From: Cyanobacteriota bacterium
GTDB taxonomy: Bacteria; Cyanobacteriota; Cyanobacteriia; Thermostichales; Thermostichaceae
Direction: 5' to 3'
DNA length: 64,000 nt
Assembly (NCBI GenBank): GCA_033764955.1
Contig: JANRIL010000031.1
Coordinates: forward strand, 1-64,000
The notes under the pieces were generated by a model. The model searched no databases and was not told where the DNA came from. It saw only the letters and a list, made by a program, of their open reading frames with translations. Each line of letters starts with the position of its first letter. Within the stretch, counting starts at the first letter, position 1. The position numbers and the translations under genes were made by a program. Positions 1 to 10,299 of the stretch are shown here, piece after piece.

Positions 1-334
1 GAAATAAACAAAATCGTCCGACAGTTGGAATATCAGTGGGAGGCATCAAAATTTTCGCTCCCATTGCCTCTGCTCGTTGTGCGAGAGCATCCACATCATT
101 GACGGTCACGTAGGTACCCCAGTAGGGGGGTATTCCCTGCATGTTGGCGGGCATTTGCATCAAACCACCAATGTCACGATCGCCAACACCAATCACCGTA
201 TAATCCACACCAGCAATTGGCCCTTCTTTCAATTCCCAACCAAATAACTGACTGTAAAATTCCTTAGCTGCATTCGCATCGGTTGTCATTAACTCACACC
301 AGCTAAATGCTCCATGTTGTTGAAATGGATTCAT
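1..334 (-). CDS. VOC/glyoxalase family protein (partial, runs off left edge; absent from ORF track)
   Basis: Manual translation from ATG 334: MNPFQQHGAFSWCELMTTDANAAKEFYSQLFGWE...PYWGTYVTVNDVDALAQRAEAMGAKILMPPTDIPTVGRF; AAGGAG RBS upstream. Confidence 0.85.
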   Translation of the reverse strand, partial: MNPFQQHGAFSWCELMTTDANAAKEFYSQLFGWELKEGPIAGVDYTVIGVGDRDIGGLMQMPANMQGIPPYWGTYVTVNDVDALAQRAEAMGAKILMPPTDIPTVGRFCLF

Positions 335-748
335 CACACACTCATCTCCTTAGCTAAAGATCCTGAATAGTCTGAGGTTATTGAGTTAACCCTATCCACT
401 GACACCACTTAAGCCCTAGTACTTTAGATCTAAAATTTTAATCCGTCAAGATCATTTCTCTGTGGCTTAACTGTGCTAACTTAAGCCTGCCAACTTAAGT
501 CCTAGTAGCAAGTGAGCGGAGTCGTTGGTGAAGCCTGTCCAGAGGACTTAAGGAGCCGAAGCCAGCGTACAAGGGGGGCAAAATTTAGAGAATTGTATGA
601 ATCGAGGTGCCCTACTGCCATCCCAATCAACCGAGTTGGCCATGAATTCTTTGGGCTTCAGGTGATTCAAACGATCTAACTTCAGGTAACTTAAGAATCA
701 GTCCTTCAGATATCCACAACTTAGGACGATGGGGTATCAAGTTAAGGC

Positions 749-781
749 TGGAAAGTGGGGCGCGGAGCATCCCACTTTCCA
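749..781 (-). terminator. Hairpin downstream of tRNA-Val (terminator or REP-like)
   Basis: TGGAAAGTGGG (749-759) / CCCACTTTCCA (771-781) perfect 11-bp inverted repeat about 40 nt past the tRNA 3' end. Confidence 0.5.
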
Positions 782-819
782 ACAAAATCTTTCCCGCCTT
801 ATGCAGATACTCCGGACTA

Positions 820-891
820 TGGGCGATATAGGATTTGAACCTATGGCATCCTGCTTGTAAGGCAGGCGCTCTACCGCTGAGCTAATCGCCC
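820..891 (-). tRNA. trnV: tRNA-Val(TAC)
   Basis: Reverse complement GGGCGATTAGCTCAGCGGTAGAGCGCCTGCCTTACAAGCAGGATGCCATAGGTTCAAATCCTATATCGCCCA folds as a cloverleaf, anticodon TAC, CCA not encoded. Confidence 0.97.
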
Positions 892-1097
892 CAGACACTT
901 ATTACATTTAAGCCTCACAAAGGATAACACATTCTTTTTGAGACTGCCTGAGCGGGGTTCGCAATCAACCGAATAAAAATCTGGCAATATCGACTTCTAC
1001 CCCTTCTTTCTTCCCCTTTTGGCTGGCTCTTGCTGAGGCAGCCGAACTCCTGCCGCCAGGAAATTCTGCGAAACGCTAGTTATGCCCTAATCTAGAA

Positions 1098-2888
1098 GTG
1101 ACCTGCCCCCTTCCTTCCAATGCTATGGCTCGGATCCCCTCTCCCTTCGCCTCTTCATCATCGGGATCCCTACCCACTTGGTGGCCCCCTTATCCCAGCG
1201 AACGTCTGCCTTTGTTTCGCCCATTGGGGGCAGCCGCCCTGGAATCCCTCACGGTTTTTGATCAGCAGTTGTTGGGGCTTGACCGCCATTGGGGCTATAT
1301 TTTGGCTCTCGATCCTCGTTCTGGCGATCTGAAGGTGCTCAATCCTCGCTTGGCTCCCCAACTGCGCGATACTTACGCTCTGACCGTTGAGTCTGGATCC
1401 CCTGGCTATCTCTGGGTTGCCAAGGAGCAAGCCCTCTATCGCATCCCTTGGACAGATTTGGGCAGTGCTACGCAATTGGATCCTTATCAGGTGTGTCTAT
1501 TACCCTATGCCATTGAGTCGCTGTCAATGGGTGAGGATGGCCTGTATGCCAGTTGTTTTCAACGGGAAAAGATTTTGAGACTGGATGCCACCTCCGGCAC
1601 AATTGTGCAACAGCTAGCGGCTCCTGGTGTTGGGCGGGAACAAATCCAGGTGGCGGGGGAGGTAATCTGGGTGAGTGATCGCATCGAAGAAACTGTCTAT
1701 GTCTTGGATCGGCAGAGTGGCGAATCGCTGGCGCGCATTTTGACCCCTTTTCCCTCACCAACAGGGTTGGTGTTTTGGCAAAACCAGTGGCTAGTTGCCT
1801 ATGCCACCGAAGAACCCTACATTCGGGATAACCCCAATGATCCAGAGCCTTTGTCAGTCGATTTTCGCAATAAGACCCTGATTGCCCCCCTCTCTCTGCA
1901 TCCCCCCAGCCTGTATCCTCTGCCCGAACCGGCTCCGATTATTCGCTCTGCCCCCGCCTGCTCCCTCCATTTTTTCCCGCAGGTTTTGGGATCCCGTGCT
2001 AGCTATACCCTGTCCAGTGGCTATCGTCTGGAACTGACTTATCTGGAGGAGTTTGCCCAGGAAGAACCTGTGGCGGTTCCCCATCTGGTTTGGAAAATTG
2101 CTCTACCCTGCCATAGCCCTCGCCAAAAGGTTCACTCGGTGAGGTCGATTGGGGATCCCTTTCAGCTTGAGCAGCAGTTTGGGCAGCAGGTGGCGGTATT
2201 TGATCTGGGATCCATTCAGCCGGGGGAGTGCCGCATTTTTGGCTGGAAGGCGGTGATGGATGTTTTTAGCATCAAATATCTGATTACTCCGGCTGATGTG
2301 GAGGACGCCGTTTTGCCGGAGGATTTGAAGGCGCGCTATTTGGTGGATGACGATTATCTGGCGATGGATACAGCAGTGGTGCGGGAAGCCGCCCGCCAAG
2401 CGGTGGGGCGGGAAACCAATCTGCTGCGAAAGATGGCTCGGATCCGCGAGTTTGTCTACGACAAGCTCTCCTATCGGGTGACCCCGCGCATCGAGCCGCC
2501 GGATGTGGTGCTGCAAAATGGCTATGGCTCCTGTGGGGAATATGTGGGTCTGCTGTTGGCGCTAGCCCGTTTGAATGGGATTGTCTGTCGCACCGTCGGT
2601 CGATACAAATGTCCCCCTCACCCCGAACTGAGAGGGATCCCCCTCCTGCCGGAATACAACCATGTTTGGATCGAGTTTTATGTGCCGGGATGGGGCTGGG
2701 TGCCGATGGAGTCAAACCCCGATGACCTGGGAGATCGCCCCTATCCGGAGCGCTATTTTATGGGGATCCCGTGGACTCATGCCGAAATCGCCAAAGGCAT
2801 TCCGTTTGAAACCTGCAATGCGGAGGATGCCTCGATTGGTCAATTGGCGATCAACCATGTGCAGTTTCGCATTTTAGACGAATTGTGA
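1098..2888 (+). CDS. Transglutaminase-like family protein with N-terminal beta-propeller-like region
   Basis: C-terminal GSCGEY and HVWIEFYVPGWGWVPME motifs; N-terminal short repeats (WVSDR, PTGL); start uncertain. Confidence 0.8.
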   Translation: MTCPLPSNAMARIPSPFASSSSGSLPTWWPPYPSERLPLFRPLGAAALESLTVFDQQLLGLDRHWGYILALDPRSGDLKVLNPRLAPQLRDTYALTVESGSPGYLWVAKEQALYRIPWTDLGSATQLDPYQVCLLPYAIESLSMGEDGLYASCFQREKILRLDATSGTIVQQLAAPGVGREQIQVAGEVIWVSDRIEETVYVLDRQSGESLARILTPFPSPTGLVFWQNQWLVAYATEEPYIRDNPNDPEPLSVDFRNKTLIAPLSLHPPSLYPLPEPAPIIRSAPACSLHFFPQVLGSRASYTLSSGYRLELTYLEEFAQEEPVAVPHLVWKIALPCHSPRQKVHSVRSIGDPFQLEQQFGQQVAVFDLGSIQPGECRIFGWKAVMDVFSIKYLITPADVEDAVLPEDLKARYLVDDDYLAMDTAVVREAARQAVGRETNLLRKMARIREFVYDKLSYRVTPRIEPPDVVLQNGYGSCGEYVGLLLALARLNGIVCRTVGRYKCPPHPELRGIPLLPEYNHVWIEFYVPGWGWVPMESNPDDLGDRPYPERYFMGIPWTHAEIAKGIPFETCNAEDASIGQLAINHVQFRILDEL

Positions 2889-4186
2889 AGGGATCCCGAT
2901 GGTGGTTTTGGGCAGGGGAGACCAAGGCTGAACCGGCAGGGGATCCCTACGGCTGGTTCCGACGGGCGTTTTGGTTAATGGGGGGAAGTGGGATCCGCCT
3001 GATCCTGTCAGGGGCTTACTTTATCCTGTTGGCTCGCCTCCTGGAACCCAGTCAGTTTGGCTTGTTTTCGGGGATTGCGGCGGGTTGCAATCTGATTGCC
3101 CCCTTCGCCTTTTTGGGACAATCGGACGGGTTGATTCAACGGCTAAGTCGTCATCCGGAACAACACCCGTGGGCGTGGGGCAATGCGCTCCTGATCGCCA
3201 GTGTGGGGGGAGTGGGTTTGTTGGGGGCGCTCAGTCTGCCCCTCAGTCTTTGGTTGCAGGTGGATCCCGTCACCGTGCTGGCTTTGGGCTGGGCAGAAAT
3301 GGTGGTGGTGGGGTGGCAGGAGGTACAAAAGGGGGTTCTCGTCGCACGGGAGCAGATCAAAGAGGTTGCCCTGATCGATGTGGGGATGGCGCTGGGGCGC
3401 TTGCTGAGTGTGCTGCTGGGGGAGGGATCCTTGAGCAGTTGGGCGATCCACTATGCCTTGATCTTGGCGGGGGTGGCGGGGCTGACCCAGGTAGCGATGC
3501 TGGGCTGGGTGGGATGGCCGCGCTGGGCATTGGGCAAACTGCCAGGGATGGTGCGGGAAGGATGGGATTTTGCGGTGGGGTTAGCGGCGATGAAAACCTT
3601 TACGGATCTGGATAAGCTGCTCTTGCCTGTTCTGGCTAATGCGGCGGCCACGGGTTTTTATAGCGCAGGCTATCGAGTGATTAACTTTGCCCAAACTCCT
3701 GTGCTTGCCCTCTTAACCAGCAGTTTTGCCGAAGTCTGCCGGCAGGGATCCCAGGGCATCCACGCGGGTTGGGGCTATGGACGGCGACTGCTGCCTTGGA
3801 TTGTCGGCTATGGCGGGATCGCCAGTCTTGCCATCCTGCTGCTCTCCTGGGGGATCCCGTGGGTGTTGGGAGCCGCCTACAGCCAAACCGCTCAAGTTCT
3901 GCGCTGGTTAAGCGGAATCGTTTTGTTGGAAGGGATGCAAGGGTTGTTTGCCAATCTCTTGACAGGCATCGGGCAGCAACGGCTGCGGAGTCGCTGGCAG
4001 TTGGTGGCACTTACCTTGAATGGGTTGCTCAATCTTGGCTGGATCCCCCTCTGGGGATGGCAGGGAGCTGCCGCCGCTACCCTCTTCTCGGAGATTCTCT
4101 TGGTGGGGGGCTTAGGCTGCCTGATTTTCAGGGAATATCAACGGGCTGAGGTTCAGGCAGGGCAGGAATCGAGAAGGGATCCCTGA
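2885..4186 (+). CDS. Oligosaccharide flippase (Wzx/MOP family)
   Basis: Many TM helices, ARLLEPSQFGLFS, DKLLL..GFYSAGYR, GWQGAAAATLFSE; GTGA overlap with upstream stop. Confidence 0.8.
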   Translation: MKGSRWWFWAGETKAEPAGDPYGWFRRAFWLMGGSGIRLILSGAYFILLARLLEPSQFGLFSGIAAGCNLIAPFAFLGQSDGLIQRLSRHPEQHPWAWGNALLIASVGGVGLLGALSLPLSLWLQVDPVTVLALGWAEMVVVGWQEVQKGVLVAREQIKEVALIDVGMALGRLLSVLLGEGSLSSWAIHYALILAGVAGLTQVAMLGWVGWPRWALGKLPGMVREGWDFAVGLAAMKTFTDLDKLLLPVLANAAATGFYSAGYRVINFAQTPVLALLTSSFAEVCRQGSQGIHAGWGYGRRLLPWIVGYGGIASLAILLLSWGIPWVLGAAYSQTAQVLRWLSGIVLLEGMQGLFANLLTGIGQQRLRSRWQLVALTLNGLLNLGWIPLWGWQGAAAATLFSEILLVGGLGCLIFREYQRAEVQAGQESRRDP

Positions 4187-4283
4187 GGAGTGGAGGCAGG
4201 CGTTCAAAGGTCACAAGCTCCCTTTTGCTGGAAAACACGCCCAGAGCAACCCCTGTTAGCCTGAGGCTGTTCCATTGCTTCTA

Positions 4284-5078
4284 ATGACTGCTATGACTCT
4301 TCATAATCAACCTTTTTTGTGGAAGGGATCCCGCGATTACGAGCAGGCTTTTTTATTACTGCATGGGTTGGGAGGAGGAGTCTATGAGTTGCAGTATTTG
4401 GGAGAAGTCATCCATCACCTGGGCTACACCGTGCAGGGGATTAACTTTCCAGGGCATGACACACCGACAGCTAAAATGCCCCCTTCCCATTGGATAGAGT
4501 GGTATGACGCGATTTTGAGAACTTACGGGCAGTTGCGCCAGGATTATCGGCTGATTTCAGTGGTGGGATTCTCCACAGGCTGTCCGTTGGCTCTCCGCTT
4601 AGCTCTGGCAGAATCTACCCATTGTTTAATACTGTTGGCACCTTTTTTAGCTATCCGTCATCGTTGGTATTATCTTTGGCGACCGGAACAATATCTACAA
4701 ACATTTGGAACGCTAATTGGTGAAGTTCCCCGCCTAACATTGCCGATTCGAGATCCACAGATGCGCCTTGCCGCCCAGAAGGTGGCCTTTTTTCAGACGT
4801 TTAACTTGGGGGCTGTGAGCAGTGCTTTGCAGTTAATTGCTGAGGTAAAACCTAAGCTGGCGGACATTGATTGTCCAACATTAATTGTCCAATCGCGCCA
4901 GGATTCCGTTGTTGATCCCGCTGGAGCTGAGGAAATTTATCGGAAGATTCAGTCTCCCGTCAAAAAGTTAGTTTGGCTAGAAAAATCTGATCATATTATC
5001 TCACTTGATTGGGAGCGAGAGCTTGTCTTTGAAGAGGTTAGAAATTTTATTCAATCCAGTGAGCTGTCAGCTAGCTAA
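4284..5078 (+). CDS. Alpha/beta hydrolase, carboxylesterase-like
   Basis: LLLHGLGG, nucleophile elbow GFSTG, QSRQDSVVD, KSDHII. Confidence 0.85.
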   Translation: MTAMTLHNQPFLWKGSRDYEQAFLLLHGLGGGVYELQYLGEVIHHLGYTVQGINFPGHDTPTAKMPPSHWIEWYDAILRTYGQLRQDYRLISVVGFSTGCPLALRLALAESTHCLILLAPFLAIRHRWYYLWRPEQYLQTFGTLIGEVPRLTLPIRDPQMRLAAQKVAFFQTFNLGAVSSALQLIAEVKPKLADIDCPTLIVQSRQDSVVDPAGAEEIYRKIQSPVKKLVWLEKSDHIISLDWERELVFEEVRNFIQSSELSAS

Positions 5079-5281
5079 GTTTTGCCAGATAGATCGGTTA
5101 ACCCCAGACTAGCCTGGGGTTCCTCTGCCTTTTTAGACGACAGCAACCAGCAAGTTATTCAGTAAGACGTAGTCATTCTGAGTTACACTGGGTCTGTAAA
5201 GATCGGTAACTGCCTGCCAGTCCTTATGCAGCCAGCCGAATTACTTTGCAGCCCTTCGCACTAGACAAGAGGATAAAACTC

Positions 5282-5881
5282 ATGGCATTTGAACTCCCTG
5301 CTTTGCCCTACGCCTCTGATGCTTTGCAGCCTTACATGTCTGCTGACACTTTTTCCTTTCACCACGGCAAGCATCATGCTGCTTATGTCAATAACCTGAA
5401 TAACCTGATCAAAGATACTGACCTTGCCAATCATTCACTGGAAGCTATTGTTACCGCCAGCTTTGGGGATCCCGCCAAAATGGGCATTTTCAACAACGCC
5501 GCCCAGGTTTGGAACCACACCTTTTTCTGGGGATCCATGAAGCCCGGTGGGGGCGGTGCTGCCACTGGAGCTATTGCTGACAAAATTGTGGTTGACTTTG
5601 GCAGCTATGAAAAGTTTGTGGAAGCCTTTAAGGCCGCCGCTACCACCCAATTTGGGAGTGGTTGGGCTTGGCTAGTGCTAGAGAATGGCACCTTGAAAGT
5701 GACTAAAACCAGCAATGCCGAAAACCCCCTCGTGCATGGTCAAACCCCACTTTTGACCCTAGATGTTTGGGAACATGCTTACTATCTCGATTATCAGAAC
5801 AAGCGCCCCGACTTTATCACGGCCTATCTGGAGCATCTCGTGAACTGGGATGCCGCCAATGAGCGGTTAGCCGCCGCCTGA
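5282..5881 (+). CDS. sodB: Fe superoxide dismutase
   Basis: MAFELPALPY, HHGKHHAAYV, FNNAAQVWNH (Fe-type), DVWEHAYY; RBS before ATG 5282. Confidence 0.96.
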   Translation: MAFELPALPYASDALQPYMSADTFSFHHGKHHAAYVNNLNNLIKDTDLANHSLEAIVTASFGDPAKMGIFNNAAQVWNHTFFWGSMKPGGGGAATGAIADKIVVDFGSYEKFVEAFKAAATTQFGSGWAWLVLENGTLKVTKTSNAENPLVHGQTPLLTLDVWEHAYYLDYQNKRPDFITAYLEHLVNWDAANERLAAA

Positions 5882-6000
5882 GGGCTTTTTTGGGAAGTGA
5901 CCGGGGATCCCTGCTTGGAGTAACCTTTCCCATCCAAGAGATGGCCTCCCATAGTTTTGCTAGTGATGTCTTTGACGTGAAATAGTCGAAACCTTCTCAC

Positions 6001-6025
6001 CCCCTGATAGCTTCAGGGGTTTTTT
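6001..6025 (+). terminator. Rho-independent terminator after sodB
   Basis: CCCCTGA-TAGCT-TCAGGGG followed by TTTTTT. Confidence 0.75.
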
Positions 6026-6262
6026 AGTGAACCTAACTGAAATAACCCAAACAATTCTCAACTCGGCTACTCACCGGCTTCTCCAAACAGGGTTTTGTTA
6101 CCCAATATTTCTCTTGCCTTTTTATCTAACAAAACGATGTCATTATTACCCTCAATCGACATGTGTCCCTGAAGGGAATTTCTATTGAGTAGGAAAGCAT
6201 AAGACAATTATTTTTTGTATAATATTAAGCTGTTATTCACTATTTCTGGATCAGCACCTGTG

Positions 6263-7417
6263 ATGAGAGCCTATCGAACCAGTGCCTTTTTGAAAGCAGA
6301 AGGATCCCGTCTCTATACGGTTTTTGGCTGGAGTCAACGGCAACCCGTTCCGATTGTCTATGCTTCGTGGCTGGTCATTCTAGAAATTTTTGTGCATGTC
6401 AGGGATCCACAAACTGCTTTTAGCTGGTTTTGTCGAGTTCGAGATGCATTAAGAGAACAGCCAAATTTATCCAGAGATGGCTTAGAAGCATCTGCTGCCT
6501 TGGTTGGTTTGGTTCAATCTCATGCAACTCAAGCCTCAGAAATTCTCATTTATCTTTCTGAGCAAAAGTTAACCTTTTTGCCAGGACAATTCAAGAGTTT
6601 TGTTGATCAAAATGACCTGGTTGATCTCATTCATCTCAGCTATCAATGTCTGGCTCAGCACCATTATTCATTGCTCCTTAATCTTTTTTATGATTTGGAT
6701 CTTGAGGATGATCTAGCCCACATTGATAATCAATCGTTATTTGAAGATCTCTTGACCCTTCTCACCCGTTTAGGGTTACTTACTCCAGCTCTGGGCACTA
6801 TCGATTGGGGAGATTTTCGCCAAACCGTTCCCCTCTGCCATGTGACGGGCTTTACCCGTGGCACTCCGGTTGATCGCTATTACCTACAGAAATTTGTCGA
6901 AGCAACCCGTACACAAGTCAAGGGAGATGTCTTAGAAATTGGTGGAGTACCTAAAGATCGAGAATCTTATCAATTTCAACAAACTCACACTTATCGTATT
7001 CTTAACATCGAACCGGGAGTAGGAGTGGATTTGGTAGGGGACGCTCATGAAGCGGATCTGCTTCCACAGGGATCCCTAGACAGTGTGATTATTTTTAATG
7101 TCTTGGAGCATTGCCATTCGCCTTGGCTAGTGGTTCACAATATCTATAACTGGTTAAGGGTGGGTGGCAAATGTTTTTGTATGGTTCCTACCGCCCAACG
7201 CATCCATGCTCGTCCTGGAGATTATTGGCGACCCCTGCCGGAGGGCTTGGCTTTTCTATTTCGTGACTTTACTCACCATACTTTATATGTCTATGGCAAT
7301 CCCTTAACCGTTGTGGCCAGTTTTCATGGTATTGCCAGCGAAGAACTTTCTCAGGATGAACTCAATGAATTTCACCCCGATTATCCCGTTTGCACCTGTA
7401 TTGTTGCCGAAAAATAA
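6263..7417 (+). CDS. Class I SAM-dependent methyltransferase with uncharacterised N-terminal region
   Basis: RGTPVDRYYL, VLEIGG, DSVIIFNVLEH, PGDYWR; AT-richer than flanks; start uncertain. Confidence 0.7.
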   Translation: MRAYRTSAFLKAEGSRLYTVFGWSQRQPVPIVYASWLVILEIFVHVRDPQTAFSWFCRVRDALREQPNLSRDGLEASAALVGLVQSHATQASEILIYLSEQKLTFLPGQFKSFVDQNDLVDLIHLSYQCLAQHHYSLLLNLFYDLDLEDDLAHIDNQSLFEDLLTLLTRLGLLTPALGTIDWGDFRQTVPLCHVTGFTRGTPVDRYYLQKFVEATRTQVKGDVLEIGGVPKDRESYQFQQTHTYRILNIEPGVGVDLVGDAHEADLLPQGSLDSVIIFNVLEHCHSPWLVVHNIYNWLRVGGKCFCMVPTAQRIHARPGDYWRPLPEGLAFLFRDFTHHTLYVYGNPLTVVASFHGIASEELSQDELNEFHPDYPVCTCIVAEK

Positions 7418-7474
7418 TCACCCTCAAGCCAATGATGGCCTGCAAAAAACCAAAACCTACCCTTTAGCTTGCTA

Positions 7475-8413
7475 CTAGGCAACCGAAACCGTAGAGGTAT
7501 TGCCCGCAAACAACCCCACCCCTTTTAGGGCATCCAAAAAGGCATACACGGCTGGAACATGCAAAGCATTCGCCAAAACAGCCACCCCGATCACCCGTTC
7601 TAATTTATCCGGCAGGCTATAAATTCGGATACCTTGGGGGATGGGTTCTGCCGCTAAACGGGGCAAAATAGCCGCTCCCAAACCCTGCGCCACCATCCCG
7701 ACAACGGTGGAGTCTTCTTTAACTTCGTAGGCAATATGAAAAGATTGACCATATTTCTTGAGGTGGTTACGCACCAGCAAACTACAGCCCGTTCCATCGG
7801 ATTCTAAAATTAGGGGATAGCGCGCCAACTCTTCCCAGGTCAGCCCTCGCTTATTTTTGGGGCTAATCACATGGCTACTGGCAGGCAAAAGAACGACATA
7901 CTCATCCCGTAAGATCTCCCAGGTTTCTAGCTCACCCGAACAGGGGAGATGGGTAAAGCCGAGATCCGCCCGCCCCAAGCGCAGATCCTGCTCCACATCG
8001 GCATAGTCGTCATGCTCCGTAATCGTAATAGTAATTTCTGAAAAGCGTTCCCGAAAACGGGCAATCACGGGTGGGATCAAATGGGTGGCGGCACTGCGAA
8101 AAGAGGCAATTCGTAAGCGTCCTCCCTGTAATCCCCGTTGCAGTTGCACCTCATGAACCATCCCTTCCAGTAGTTCCATAATCTGGCGAGCACGGGCAAT
8201 CACCTGTTCCCCAATGGGAGTAGTCGTAGCTCCATGCCTCCCCCGTGCTAACAAAACCACCCCCAGTTCTTCTTCGAGGGTGGCAATGGCATGGCTGATG
8301 GCCGACTGAGAGATGTTGAGATGGAGAGCAGCCTCACTGAAGTTGCCCCGCTCCGATACCGCGATTAAGGCTCGCAATTGCGAGAGCTTAATATTCTCAC
8401 TCACTGCTGTCAT
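7475..8413 (-). CDS. LysR family transcriptional regulator
   Basis: N-terminal HTH LSQLRALIAV..GNFSEAA..L.ISQSAISHAIATLEEELG; substrate-binding domain. Confidence 0.93.
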   Translation of the reverse strand: MTAVSENIKLSQLRALIAVSERGNFSEAALHLNISQSAISHAIATLEEELGVVLLARGRHGATTTPIGEQVIARARQIMELLEGMVHEVQLQRGLQGGRLRIASFRSAATHLIPPVIARFRERFSEITITITEHDDYADVEQDLRLGRADLGFTHLPCSGELETWEILRDEYVVLLPASSHVISPKNKRGLTWEELARYPLILESDGTGCSLLVRNHLKKYGQSFHIAYEVKEDSTVVGMVAQGLGAAILPRLAAEPIPQGIRIYSLPDKLERVIGVAVLANALHVPAVYAFLDALKGVGLFAGNTSTVSVA

Positions 8414-8715
8414 CCTCGCTTGTAATACTGGATGTATTATTCCCCAGACTACGACAATCCGCAGTGCTCAAAACGGCTTACTTCTGATGACTTTTGATAA
8501 AAATGGGGGCTGTCTACGGGGAATAACCAACGCTAACCATCTAATTTTAGGGTGTGTTTGGATGGATAACTCAATAGGGAACTCGCTAGGCAAACAATAT
8601 GTAAAGGGAATTTTTTGCTAAGGGTAAAGCAAATCTGAGGATAACCTTAACAATTTTAGGAGGTAAGTCCAAGACTGACTAGGGTAATCAAAATTTTAGT
8701 GGGGAAGCAAAAACA

Positions 8716-9150
8716 ATGTCAGCAAGGTGGTTTTTGATTTGGGGCATCAACCTTCTGAGTATTCCACTGGTCTCCCTGCCTGGATGGGGAACGGATCTGG
8801 GATCCCAAGAGGTTTATGCCACCCCGACATTACGCTACCGCACGGCTCTTGCCACCTGGGGAGCCAACCAAGGAAAAGTCCTGCCGGAAGGGTTATATCA
8901 GCAGGGATCCCAAATTGGCGCGAGTTATTGCCAAGCCAGACAAGCGGGGATCCCTGCCCAGCAGTGGATGCAGCAGCACCTCAATACCCTCGCCTCGACA
9001 CCAGATCTGAGTGTGGCACAGATGCAGAGTATTGCTGTCTTTACGGGGGCGGCTGTCCATGCTTATGCCCCCTACTTTTGCCCTGAGGTGGCGGATCTTT
9101 TCGGAGATCCTTATCTTTTGGAAACCCTTCATATCAACCCCGTCCCTTAA
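8716..9150 (+). CDS. Secreted hypothetical protein, DUF732-like Cys pattern
   Basis: Hydrophobic N-terminus; G..YC....G ... A...FCP two-cysteine pattern. Confidence 0.5.
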   Translation: MSARWFLIWGINLLSIPLVSLPGWGTDLGSQEVYATPTLRYRTALATWGANQGKVLPEGLYQQGSQIGASYCQARQAGIPAQQWMQQHLNTLASTPDLSVAQMQSIAVFTGAAVHAYAPYFCPEVADLFGDPYLLETLHINPVP

Positions 9151-9279
9151 AGATGTATAAAAAAAGATATATAGGTTAAAGATGTACAAATTTTGCTGAC
9201 AGTCTATCTCCCTATGGCATGGGTGTGATAGGGTGTATCCTCTATCCGGCTAACTCAACCACCGGAACAGAAACGAACC

Positions 9280-10299
9280 ATGTCACAGCCCCTTCATGTT
9301 GCGATCTTGGGGGCAACCGGAGCCGTGGGAGCCGAGTTGCTAACCCTCCTGACTGAGCGGCAATTTCCCTTGGCTAGCCTCAAACTGCTGGCTTCCCCTC
9401 GCTCAGCGGGATCCACCCTCTCTTTTCGGGGAGAAATCTTACCCGTGGAAGCAGTCTCCCCGCTGGCTTTTCGCGGGATCGATGTAGTGTTGGCGTCGGC
9501 GGGAGCTACGGTCTCAAAAACCTGGGCTAAGGTGGCGGTGGATCAGGGCTGTCTGGTGATCGATAACTCCAGTGCCTTTCGTATGGATAGCGAAGTCCCC
9601 TTGGTTGTACCAGAGGTCAATCCTGAGGCAGCGTTTCACCATCAAGGCATTATTGCTAATCCTAACTGCACCACCATTTTGATGTGTGTTGCTGTTTATC
9701 CATTACACCAAGTTCATCCGATTCGGCGCATCGTGGCGGCCACTTATCAATCCGCCAGTGGTGCGGGGGCAAGAGCCATGCAAGAACTGGAGGAGCAATC
9801 CCGCCGCTATCTCGACCATCAGCCGTTAGCACCAGAGGTTTTTCCCTACCCGATTGCTTTTAATCTTTTCCCCCACAATAGCCCAATGCAGGATAACCAC
9901 TATTGTCAGGAAGAGATGAAGATGGTGCAGGAGTCCCGCAAAATTATGGGATCCCCTGACTTACGGCTAACCGCTACCTGCATTCGGGTGCCTGTTTTGC
10001 GCGCCCATGCCGAAGCCCTCAACCTAGAGTTTGACCACCCTTTTGCCGTGGATAAAGCCCGTCATTTGATCAGCCAAGCACCGGGAGTCAAACTTCTGGA
10101 AGATTGGCAGCTCAACCGATTTCCAATGCCGATCGATGTGAGTGGAAAGGACGAGGTGGCAGTGGGCAGAATTCGCCAAGATATTTCCCATCCCCACTGC
10201 CTAGAGTTGTGGTTGTGCGGCGATCAAATTCGCAAGGGAGCCGCTCTCAATGCCATTCAGATTGCCGAGTTGTTGTATTCGTTTAGTTCCCCAAAGTGA
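9280..10299 (+). CDS. asd: Aspartate-semialdehyde dehydrogenase
   Basis: GATGAVG, IDNSSAFRM, ANPNCTT, YQSASGAG, DQIRKGAALNAIQIAE. Confidence 0.97.
   Translation: MSQPLHVAILGATGAVGAELLTLLTERQFPLASLKLLASPRSAGSTLSFRGEILPVEAVSPLAFRGIDVVLASAGATVSKTWAKVAVDQGCLVIDNSSAFRMDSEVPLVVPEVNPEAAFHHQGIIANPNCTTILMCVAVYPLHQVHPIRRIVAATYQSASGAGARAMQELEEQSRRYLDHQPLAPEVFPYPIAFNLFPHNSPMQDNHYCQEEMKMVQESRKIMGSPDLRLTATCIRVPVLRAHAEALNLEFDHPFAVDKARHLISQAPGVKLLEDWQLNRFPMPIDVSGKDEVAVGRIRQDISHPHCLELWLCGDQIRKGAALNAIQIAELLYSFSSPK

Noticed and set aside
407..695. CRISPR array from repeated ACTTAAG
   Set aside because: Repeats are too short and irregularly spaced; no cas genes.
8313..8621. 102-aa ORF overlapping the LysR start
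   Set aside because: Antisense overlap and promoter region; no coding features.
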